Assembly (NCBI GenBank): GCA_017533005.1
Contig: JAFXIQ010000001.1
Location: 1-62,851, forward strand
Length of the DNA stretch: 62,851 bases
DNA from: Clostridia bacterium
GTDB taxonomy: Bacteria; Bacillota; Clostridia; Christensenellales; DTU072
Direction of reading: 5' to 3'
A model generated the notes under the pieces. The model had not been told where the DNA came from and searched no databases. It worked only from the letters and a program-made list of their open reading frames with translations. Shown one piece after another: positions 27,656 through 36,800 of the stretch (within the stretch, counting starts at the first letter, position 1; each line of letters starts with the position of its first letter). A program made the position numbers and the translations under genes.

Positions 27656-29326
27656 TTACATTTCTGCAGCAGCTTTTGCTTTACGCTCTTCTATTATAGC
27701 AACGTATTCTTTTTGTTTCTTTTCCGTTATCTTATAGAAGAACATAGGTATGATACATGCGATAAATGATAGCATACCACTCAATACGAGCATGAGCCAT
27801 AGCTTGTTAAGACCTTCGGTAGTCATTGAGCCTTCGGGGTTGGTGGGGCTGATACCAGCCATAGCATAAGCTATAACACCGATAAATGCGCCAACTGCCA
27901 TACCAATCTTGTTGATAAGCGTTTGCATTGCGAAGCAGATACCTTCTCCTCTTTCGCCAGTCTTCCATTCTAGATATTCAATGGTATCACCAATCATAGC
28001 GTATGTCATGATGTTGTTAATACCTTGTGGTAGACCAATGAATAACATACATATGATTACAACTACGAGTCCGCCTGGTCTGAACGTTCCTAGGTTGAAG
28101 TCCCACATGAAGAACATTATTACCATTGCTACAGCACCGATAATGTGCGTGCCGATATATGTCCACTTCTTAGTAAACTTCTTGGATAGCCACGGAGTCA
28201 AGACTGATGCGATAAGACCACCTGGGATAACAAGCATCGTTAATAGTGAGTATGCAGATTCGTTTTGTAGAGCGTATTTGCAGAAATAAAGACCGCCAGT
28301 ATAGGTGTAAACCATTCTAGCACCACCAAGGACACCAGAAAGAACTATAAGCATAAGTTGGTCGTTCTTGAATAGAAGTTTCAAGTTGTGCTTCATGCTA
28401 GGAACCTTTTCAGGGTCGATAGCACCGTGTCTTTCGGTTGTGCCTTTGAAGCCAACGAAGAACAAAGGTATAGCAATAATAACTAGAACTGCACAAATAA
28501 TAAAGTACGTCCATTTGAGAGTCTCTTGGTTTTGCATTGCCATTTCAGGTCTTAGTAGACCTTCCATCATCTTGTAGCCTTGTTCTTCAAGACCAGCCTT
28601 CAATGACCAGCTTTCTTGTCCCAAGAAGTTCTTTGAACTGTCTAGGAAAACTTTTGCTGCTTCGTCAGTAACAACCTCGGTTGAACCGGGAAGACGAACT
28701 GCAAGTGCGCCGTATTTGTATGGTTTGGTAACTAGGTCCGTAATAATAGGAACGAAAACGGTAACGATACCAGCACCGATTGTGCAAAGAAGTCTTGCAA
28801 CGGTTAGTAGGTTAGCACGTTTATCGGTATTATTGGTCATACAAGAAGTTAATCCCCAATAAGGAACGTCAGCAACCGTATAAACAACCGACCAAACTAC
28901 GTAAACAAGTGAAAGCGCGATAAATCCACCTAAATTCGTGGGGTATACAGGCAAGAAGCAAGCTATAGTTGCAAGACCGATAGGAATAGCCATCCATTTC
29001 AAATAAGGACGACATTTACCCCATTTAGTTCTCGTCTTATCAACGATACTACCCATACTCGGGTCGTTAAATGCGTCGAATAGACGGGTAACAAGCATTA
29101 GAACCGCAACTGCTACAACACCGGTTAATGCGCCGATTTTAGCGTTGATATCAAAGCCTAGGGCGTCCGTCATGAAAACTGTCAAATAGCTACCAATAAT
29201 GGTGCAAATGAAGTTTTGTCCAAAGCCTGCAATACTGTAAGCCCAGCCTTCTTTAGGTTGAACGTCGCCGTCGCCTTCTTTAGCAGCGAACAAAGCATAG
29301 TTCAATTTTCTTAGTTTCTCTTTCAT
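27656..29326 (-). CDS. glycoside-pentoside-hexuronide (GPH):cation symporter family transporter
   Basis: 556 aa, about 12 TM segments, GPH signature DAFNDPSMGSIVDKTRTKWGKCRPYL, with a central ~70-aa hydrophilic insertion. SD AAGGAG. Confidence 0.85.
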   Translation of the reverse strand: MKEKLRKLNYALFAAKEGDGDVQPKEGWAYSIAGFGQNFICTIIGSYLTVFMTDALGFDINAKIGALTGVVAVAVLMLVTRLFDAFNDPSMGSIVDKTRTKWGKCRPYLKWMAIPIGLATIACFLPVYPTNLGGFIALSLVYVVWSVVYTVADVPYWGLTSCMTNNTDKRANLLTVARLLCTIGAGIVTVFVPIITDLVTKPYKYGALAVRLPGSTEVVTDEAAKVFLDSSKNFLGQESWSLKAGLEEQGYKMMEGLLRPEMAMQNQETLKWTYFIICAVLVIIAIPLFFVGFKGTTERHGAIDPEKVPSMKHNLKLLFKNDQLMLIVLSGVLGGARMVYTYTGGLYFCKYALQNESAYSLLTMLVIPGGLIASVLTPWLSKKFTKKWTYIGTHIIGAVAMVIMFFMWDFNLGTFRPGGLVVVIICMLFIGLPQGINNIMTYAMIGDTIEYLEWKTGERGEGICFAMQTLINKIGMAVGAFIGVIAYAMAGISPTNPEGSMTTEGLNKLWLMLVLSGMLSFIACIIPMFFYKITEKKQKEYVAIIEERKAKAAAEM

Positions 29327-29352
29327 CTCAATCTCCTTGGAATATATTTTTG

Positions 29353-29988
29353 TTACTTAATTTTGCTGTAAAAAACGTCAAATAGGTCTTCCATACTAAA
29401 AGTATCTTTACCTTTTGCCTTCATAACTTCACTCTCAACGAATGCGCGAGAGCTGTCTTCCATAACGCGACATACTTCAAAAGCTTCTTCTATCGACTTG
29501 CCACAAGCAAGTATACCGTGGTTAGCTAGGAAACAAGCGTTTCTATCTTTCATAGCTTCTACGGCACCGTTAGTAAGAGTCTTGGTGCTAGGCATACCGT
29601 ATTTACCGCATTTAGCACTGCCACCAACGAGTCTTTCCATTTCTTCACTCATAACGGGCATTTCCATTCTAGCGGATGCTACGGATGAACTACATAGTGG
29701 ATGGCTATGTATTACTGCGTTAATTTCTGGTCTGTCACGATAAATTGCTGCGTGGATTTTCTTTTCCGAAGTAGGTTTAACAGGGCTATCGTATTCTAAA
29801 GTTTCGATATCTACGATAACTACGTCTTCCGGTTGCATACGGATATAATCCATAGCCGACGGAGTAACTGCCATACGCTTTTCATCAAGTCTTATGGAGA
29901 TGTTTCCCCACGTTCCTTGAACGAGCCCACTCTCTAAAAGTTTTACGCCTGCATCTTTGACGGCTTGTCTTACTTCTTTTTCTGTCAT
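29353..29988 (-). CDS. class II aldolase/adducin-family enzyme (FucA/AraD-like, catalytic residues intact)
   Basis: PTSE (catalytic Glu), VIHSHP and LANHG align with FucA Glu73/His92/His94/His155 as I recall them. I prefer ATG 29988 (GGAGGA SD; MTEKEV...), 4 nt after the upstream stop. Confidence 0.85.
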   Translation of the reverse strand: MTEKEVRQAVKDAGVKLLESGLVQGTWGNISIRLDEKRMAVTPSAMDYIRMQPEDVVIVDIETLEYDSPVKPTSEKKIHAAIYRDRPEINAVIHSHPLCSSSVASARMEMPVMSEEMERLVGGSAKCGKYGMPSTKTLTNGAVEAMKDRNACFLANHGILACGKSIEEAFEVCRVMEDSSRAFVESEVMKAKGKDTFSMEDLFDVFYSKIK

Positions 29989-29992
29989 AACA

Positions 29993-30616
29993 CTATTCCT
30001 CCATCTCTGCAAGCTTTGCGCTTTGGTCTTTTTTGCTGTATTTGAGCTTATAAACAGTTCTCATAATAAACGCATCGATAACTCCGATTTTTACGGCATT
30101 GCCCAATATGGTTGCCTCAACGTAAGCTTTGGCACCCTTTTCTAGCACTAACGAGCCAGTGTGTGCTTCATCAAGAGTTCTTCCAGTTGCAATTACACCA
30201 CCGTTTTTGATAAGGCAAGCATCACGACCTTTCAAGGTATTTACGACTACGTCTTCATCGTAAGAAGCAGCGACCTTTGCCGTTCTTCCTACTATTTGTG
30301 CCATATCGTCTAGAACTGCATAGAGCTTCTTGCATTTCTTAGCAACGCCTACACAGTAAGTTGCGTGATTCATTATAATTGCATTAATATCCTCTTTTGC
30401 ATTGTAGATTGCAAAGTGCAACTTTTCAATCTCGTTTGCGCCTTCCGTAATAAACTTAACGTCGTCAGCAGTCATATCTTTCATAGCTTTGGTTGCATCG
30501 GTGATGTATATACCACCTTTTGCACGCAAGCTAATGCAGTCGCCGACTTCGGTCAACTTGTCATTCTCTAGAATTGCGCAATATTCTAATAATTGCTTAA
30601 TAAATTTATTTTCCAT
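29993..30616 (-). CDS. class II aldolase/adducin-family paralogue with degenerate metal site
   Basis: Same fold pattern (GDCISLR..., ...EKLHFAIY...INAIIMNHATY..., ...ACLIKNGGVIATG) but two of three Zn-ligand histidines are replaced (H-x-H becomes M-N-H; NHG becomes KNGG). I prefer ATG 30616 (AAGGAAA SD). Confidence 0.75.
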   Translation of the reverse strand: MENKFIKQLLEYCAILENDKLTEVGDCISLRAKGGIYITDATKAMKDMTADDVKFITEGANEIEKLHFAIYNAKEDINAIIMNHATYCVGVAKKCKKLYAVLDDMAQIVGRTAKVAASYDEDVVVNTLKGRDACLIKNGGVIATGRTLDEAHTGSLVLEKGAKAYVEATILGNAVKIGVIDAFIMRTVYKLKYSKKDQSAKLAEMEE

Positions 30617-30626
30617 ATTACTTTCC

Positions 30627-32153
30627 TTATTTAGATGCAAATCTAGTACCGTTAGCATTCTTGTATGCTTTTTCTAGTCCATAATAAACGTCTTTGTATG
30701 ATGCAAATAGTTTAGTATAAATCTCGTGGTTTGTCTTGTTTGGTGTGTAAGTTTTAGCAACTTTTACAAACTTATAAGCCTCTTCGAAGCTAGGTAGTTC
30801 ACCTAAACCGATAAGAGCTATAACTGCACCACCTAGAGCACCGGCGTTTCTTGGGTTGTCTAGAACGCTAAATTCCGTACCTGTGATGTCTGCAATTATT
30901 TGCATCCAAGCATCATCAAGTGCGCCACCACCGATTACACGGAACGTTTGGCAAGAAAACTTGTAATCTTTCTTGAAGTTTTCTAGTATCCAACGTAGGT
31001 TATAGCCTATGCCTTCGTATACTGCGCGCATAAGGTGCTCGCGCGTGTGTTCCTCATTAATATTAAATAGGGTTGCACGAGTCGTAGTGCTACTTACCGG
31101 GCATCTTTCACCTAACATCCAAGGCGTGCAAATCAAACTGTCAGAGCCACAAGGAATTTTCTTGATGCAATCGTCCATATACGCGTAGATTCCATCACCG
31201 TATTGCTCGTGTTCTTTGCTGAAGAATTGATTCATTAACCATTCGATGTTGCTACCAGCGGCTTCCGTAATACCAGCAATAAGATTCATATTTGGGTCTG
31301 CACTTTGAATTGCAGCAGCGCCATTTACAAACTTGGTTTGGTTTTTACTTGATGCACATACCCAAGCCGAAGTACCTAGATAAATGTGAACGTCGCCGTC
31401 TTTGGTCATACCACTACCAATAGCTGCACTTTGAACGTCGTCACAGCCACCGAATACGGGGGTGCCTTCTAGAAGTCCTAGTTGTTCAGCTGCTTCTTTA
31501 GTTAGTCCACCTACGTTATCGGTTGATTTAACTAGCGGAGGTAATTTCTTTACGTCTACTCCGATAAGAGGTAGTGCGCCCATCCAAGTCTTTTTCTTAA
31601 GGTCGAATCCGTAAGAAGAAGCTCCTGATAGCTCTGCTACCATTCTGCCAGTACATCTCATCTTGAGATATCCGTTAACGTCTAAGAAGTACTTGGTTCT
31701 CTTGTAAATGTCGGGACGTTCTTCCTTAATCCAAGCGATTTTTGCAACAACGTCTTTTCCCATAATGGGCGTACCTACGATAAGGGTGAAGAGCTTTTTG
31801 CCACCTAGTTTACCCATTATCTTGTCGGCTTGCTTTTGTGCCCTACCATCTACCCAAGTAATGTTACGATATAGTGCGTTACCTTCTTCATCTACGGGAA
31901 TAACGCCCATACTTTGAGTAGCAAATACCATACCCTTAACTTCTTCGGGTGAAATACCAGCTTTTTTGATAAGCGTTTTTGAGCTATTGCAAACGCCTTG
32001 CCAGTACTCTTCGGGTTCTTGTTCTACCCAAGCAGGATAAGGATAATATGTTTTATAAGGGGTGGTTGCAGACTCGATTATTTTACCTTCGAAGTCGACT
32101 AGAACGGCTTTATCCGAGCTAGTGCCCATATCGTGTGCAATTATATAAGGCAT
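30627..32153 (-). CDS. FGGY-family carbohydrate kinase (xylulokinase/fuculokinase-like)
   Basis: N-terminal HDMGTSSDKAVL and C-terminal FRVIGGGALDDAWMQIIADITG are typical FGGY N and C domain motifs. 508 aa. Confidence 0.88.
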   Translation of the reverse strand: MPYIIAHDMGTSSDKAVLVDFEGKIIESATTPYKTYYPYPAWVEQEPEEYWQGVCNSSKTLIKKAGISPEEVKGMVFATQSMGVIPVDEEGNALYRNITWVDGRAQKQADKIMGKLGGKKLFTLIVGTPIMGKDVVAKIAWIKEERPDIYKRTKYFLDVNGYLKMRCTGRMVAELSGASSYGFDLKKKTWMGALPLIGVDVKKLPPLVKSTDNVGGLTKEAAEQLGLLEGTPVFGGCDDVQSAAIGSGMTKDGDVHIYLGTSAWVCASSKNQTKFVNGAAAIQSADPNMNLIAGITEAAGSNIEWLMNQFFSKEHEQYGDGIYAYMDDCIKKIPCGSDSLICTPWMLGERCPVSSTTTRATLFNINEEHTREHLMRAVYEGIGYNLRWILENFKKDYKFSCQTFRVIGGGALDDAWMQIIADITGTEFSVLDNPRNAGALGGAVIALIGLGELPSFEEAYKFVKVAKTYTPNKTNHEIYTKLFASYKDVYYGLEKAYKNANGTRFASK

Positions 32154-32184
32154 ATCTATACTCCTTGTCTATCTGTTAGTTGAA

Positions 32185-33795
32185 TTATTTTGCAATAAAC
32201 TTTGAACCTGTGTTAACTACTGTAGCAAATACTTTCTCGAAACGGCGAAGTGCTTCGTCGATGATTTCATCGGTGTCTGCCATAGAAGTGTATAGTCTTG
32301 AACCAGCAAGAGTAACGATACCGTTAGCCATGTATGCTGCGCCCATGTGTTCCATAGCTTTCTTTCTATCTAGCATTTCTGCTTTCTTCTTAAGCATAGG
32401 AATTGCAGATTTCAATAGGTTCATTGAGCTGAAGTCGAATGACATAGCGCCTGTGCATTCCAAGTGAACGATACTGCCTTGGTTGTAAACAACGTAAGGT
32501 AGTCCGTACTTCTTAACAAGTTCTTTAAGACCAGCTGCTAGACGGTCACCAGCACGACCTGCTTTTACGCATGCATCGTTCTTTTCGATTTCGCAAATTG
32601 CACAGTATCCTGCGTATGCTGACAATGGGTTAGCTGCGAGCGTTCCGCCAACGTATGCTTTTTTGCCCATACCTGCAACACCTGCTGCCATCAAAGAAAC
32701 GTATTCTTTCTTACCGCCTACGCCACCTGCTGCGGGATATCCACCAGCAACGATTTTGCCGAATACGGTTAGGTCTGGATACATATCTCTACCGGTTGCT
32801 TGACGTTTGAATTTAACAACTTTGCCGTCTTCAATCTTGCGGTCTTCGATTATCCATTCGAAAGGTAGTTCTTTGTCATAATCATATTTGCCGAAGAAGT
32901 ATCCTGCTGCACCACTTGTGCCTACGCGGAAACCTGTAACAACTTCGTCGAAAATGAATAATGCGCCGTATTCTTTAGCAAGCATTCTTGCCTTTTCGTT
33001 ATAATCCAAAGAAATTGGACGAGTTCCACTTTCTGGACCAACTGGTTCTACGATAACTGCAGCCGTTCCACCGAGCATCTTGTTACGTTTGAGCATTTTT
33101 TCAAGCATAACTAGGTCGTTAGGACGTACTTCGTCTGTGTTCTTATAGCATCCACCTGCGATACCGTGTGATTCTAGGAATTGACGACTACCAGGAATCT
33201 TAAGACCATAAACCATTTGGTCTGACCAACCGTGGTATGCGCCACCAACTTTTATAACTCTCTTCTTCTTTGTTGCGCAACGAGCTACACGGATAGCTGC
33301 CATAACTGATTCCGTTCCCGAACCAAGCATACGGAACATTTCGCATGCGGGCATTAGTTCGCTGATTTTCTTTGCAAGGAGCATTTCGCCTTCGTGGAAA
33401 AGACCTGTAACGGGTCCACAAGTGTTAAGAAGTTCTATAACTTTTTCTTTAACTGCAGGATAGTTACTACCTAGAATGGTAGGGCCACCAGCTTGTAAAA
33501 AGTCGATATATTCGTTACCATCACGGTCATATAGGTATGCACCTTCTGCCTTATCCATACAAATTGGGAATGGGAAGTTAAATGCAAGGTTGTGTTGAAC
33601 GCCACCAGGAATGTATTTCTTAGCTTCGGTGGTGATTTCTTTTGACTTAGCGCACTTTGTATCAAAATGAACTTTAACTTTTTCTAGTTCTTCATCACTA
33701 ATTTTCCAAATTGGTTGGTCTGTTAGGTTTTTGAGTTCATCATAGATAACTTGTGGGTCTAGCCATTCACTTATAGCAAACTTTTGTTCAGACAT
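32185..33795 (-). CDS. class III (GSA-aminomutase-like) PLP-dependent aminotransferase with N-terminal extension and internal insertion
   Basis: LGSGTESVMAAIRVAR..., VGGAYHGW, FIFDEVVTGFRV and the Lys motif FGKIVAGGYP match the class III aminotransferase/HemL pattern. 536 aa versus about 430 for HemL. Confidence 0.85.
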   Translation of the reverse strand: MSEQKFAISEWLDPQVIYDELKNLTDQPIWKISDEELEKVKVHFDTKCAKSKEITTEAKKYIPGGVQHNLAFNFPFPICMDKAEGAYLYDRDGNEYIDFLQAGGPTILGSNYPAVKEKVIELLNTCGPVTGLFHEGEMLLAKKISELMPACEMFRMLGSGTESVMAAIRVARCATKKKRVIKVGGAYHGWSDQMVYGLKIPGSRQFLESHGIAGGCYKNTDEVRPNDLVMLEKMLKRNKMLGGTAAVIVEPVGPESGTRPISLDYNEKARMLAKEYGALFIFDEVVTGFRVGTSGAAGYFFGKYDYDKELPFEWIIEDRKIEDGKVVKFKRQATGRDMYPDLTVFGKIVAGGYPAAGGVGGKKEYVSLMAAGVAGMGKKAYVGGTLAANPLSAYAGYCAICEIEKNDACVKAGRAGDRLAAGLKELVKKYGLPYVVYNQGSIVHLECTGAMSFDFSSMNLLKSAIPMLKKKAEMLDRKKAMEHMGAAYMANGIVTLAGSRLYTSMADTDEIIDEALRRFEKVFATVVNTGSKFIAK

Positions 33796-33859
33796 TTTTG
33801 TTTCTCCTTTTATTTATACCTTTTAATTTATATTCATTGTTGCCCTATCGGGACTTTGC

Positions 33860-36800
33860 CTAAATAATACTGAACGTAATCTTGCCAGAATCGTTCATTA
33901 TCTTGTAGTTCGCACTAACTTCTACAGTGTAAGTGCCTCTTTCTACGGGAGCGCCGATTAAGACTTCATTTCTCGAATTGCGATAAATTAAGTCTTGAGG
34001 TTTGATTGCATAGTTACTGCCGTCGATTACGAAATATGCACTGTATGCTTTTGCGTTTCCGTCATAATTCAAACTTGCAGGTTGTGTCCAGTTGATTTTT
34101 ACGATTTCGCCCTTTGCATTCTTATCAATGACCTTTTGTCTAATCGTAAACTTAGCGGTAGATACGCTATAGTTAATGTAGTAGCGTTCGTTTTGGTTAA
34201 CTACGCTCGTGTCGGTTTGCCATAGGATATCGTAGCTACCTACGGTGCCGTCGGTGTTAAATCTGACGTCTTCGCCGTCTTCTCTTGAGAGCTTAATTGC
34301 AAGAACGTCGTCACCAACCAATGGTGTGGAACTATCGATAACGTATTCAAACGTGGGGTCGATTTCGCCGTAATACTTGCTGTACGAACTTACCTTAACG
34401 TCGATAACCTTGCGAGCGATAGTCATACTCTTAACGTTGTTTTCGCCTGAAACATATTCGCCTGCATTATAATATTCGTTAGCGAATACGGTAACTCTCA
34501 ATGGATACGTGCCCGGAATTGAAGGCAATACGTCCGTCCAAACTCCATCTACGTAGTATTCTACTGTCGTGTCGGGAGTAGCGAAGCTAGCAATAACTTG
34601 CGTTACGCTTACAATAGGTTGCGTTACCGAGCCGTAGAATGAAACAATGTTCGTTAAGTTAAGCGTTGCGTTGAGTTTCTTATGCGTCGTAACTTCAAAC
34701 GACGTACTCTTGCCGTTATATGAAACGTTAACCGTTTGCGTTACTCTATCAACGTTTACCGCCGTAGTAAACGGTGTCTTGTTGTATCCGTCTAGAAGAA
34801 CGAGTCCGTTCGTCATAGGCAATACGTCTGAAGTTCCGTCACTGTAAATACGTTTAATGATACCACCGTCGCTCTTTAATGCTTGACCTTCTGCATAAAT
34901 CAAAACGTCAGGAGCTTGGAACGTTTCAATAGAAACCAACACTCTGTCGAGTATCTTAACGTAAATTTCCGTACTCTTACCATCGTAATTAACTCTAGCT
35001 TTGCGTAAAGTAATTAGTCTTCCATCTCCATCAACGTGGGTAACGTTCTTATCATAATCGACGTAAGAAGCCTTTAACGTTCTCTTAATCGGAGTGTCGA
35101 TACCCTTATATTTGACGTTGATATAAAATTCTCCAACGGTATATATTGGATTGTCGTAGTCGTCATAGTCAACGATAATATAGGTGGTGTTAAGGTCGTC
35201 CTTGTAGGTTACAGGTATTGCTTTTTTGCCGTCTTCTTCATATAGTCCAAGTTGTTCTTCGTCAAAAGAAATACTCTCGACGACGTTTTCGCTTACTTTA
35301 ATGCTGAAGTTTGCCGTGCAAACGTTACCGTAATAGTCATACGTAACGGTTACCGTTTGTTCTCCTATTTGCGTTAAATCATAACCCGAGAAAGTCCAAT
35401 ATCTTGCATCGAAACTGCTTACGTTAGAGTCTATTCCATCGCTATATCTTCTGATAATTTCTAGCGTGCTAACGTCTAATTTAGTGTCAATACCTAGAAC
35501 GTATTCGGACTTGGGTGCAGTTTTGATTTCTATAGCAACAGCTCTTCTGCCAACTATCTTGATTGGCATAACGAAGGTCTTGCCTCTATATCTCAAAACA
35601 ACGTCTTGATTGCCTATCTTGTTGGGATTATATTCATAAAGCATATCTTCCGTAACAATGACGTGTGAAATAACGTTTGCTACGTTGGTAACTTCTATGA
35701 TGTAATCGGAAAAATCTATATCTTCAAATTGTGCAAATTCTAGTCTTTCGCCTTCGCTTACGTTAAGGATAATGCTCGTAACTATTTCTTCCGGCTCAAC
35801 GATATTTACGTCGAAAGTTACGCTCTTGCCACCATACGTAACGATGCCTTGCCATACGCCGACTTCACTGAAAGTATTGCCTGCCATAGCAATACCATTG
35901 GGGTCCTTGTAAGTAACGTATCTCTCTGGTATCGGATTGATAGTTTCGAAATTCGTATTTTCGTATTCAACGTATAAAGAAGCCCCTTCTAGCGTAGGCG
36001 CTGCGCCTAATGCAAGATAATCTACTTTAGGAGCAGTCAAAACGAGTTTCTTTGCATCGTTAGGTTCCACCTTAATTCTATATCCTGCAGTAACGCCGTT
36101 TACGTTAAAGTTGATAGTTTGGTATCCATCCTCGTCGGTTCGAGCTACCGAAAGATTCAACGTACTTCCATCAGCGAGTTCGGTCGCAGAGAGAGATTTC
36201 CATGCGCCTACGTCGTTCACGTCACACAAATACGTACCGTTGTCATACAAAATGTTATATTTCAAAAAGTCCGTGGTAAGCTTGTTACCGTCTTTATAGA
36301 CTTTGTTAACTTTGTCTGTGATGCAACCTAGCTCAAGTCTATAAGGAACTTTTTCTCTAACGGTAATATTTACGGTGCCCATTGCTTGGTCGTAATTCTT
36401 GTATTTAACTTTTATCGTGAAATTGCCAACGGTTTCATACTTAAAGTCTTTAGCAACGTAAGCGTCCATCACGTTGTTATAGTACAAATAGACTTCCGTG
36501 CTGTCCATCTCAATATTGCTCTCTACGTATCCGTTGTCGTAAATAGCGTCAAATATACCTTTTGACCAGTCGATTTTATCGCCTTCTACGATTTCACCGA
36601 TTGAAGAAGAATAGATAACACCGTCTAGCTTAATACCCTCGGTAACAGGAAGCGTCTTGATATCAAGTCTAACGACTTTTGGCTCTGCAACAACGCACGT
36701 GTAAGAAGTTTGTTTGCCACCGTAAGTAACGGTAACTACTGCTGCAGCTCTTACCTGGCTGAAATCGTATTCAAATTTGATGTTTTTGCCTTGGTCTGCT

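Noticed and set aside
27909-28289. 126-aa + strand ORF inside the GPH transporter gene, and similar 60-100-aa ORFs inside the giant genes, aminotransferase, GH2 and others
   Set aside because: All are antisense or out of frame within strongly supported long ORFs. None has an SD or a recognisable motif.
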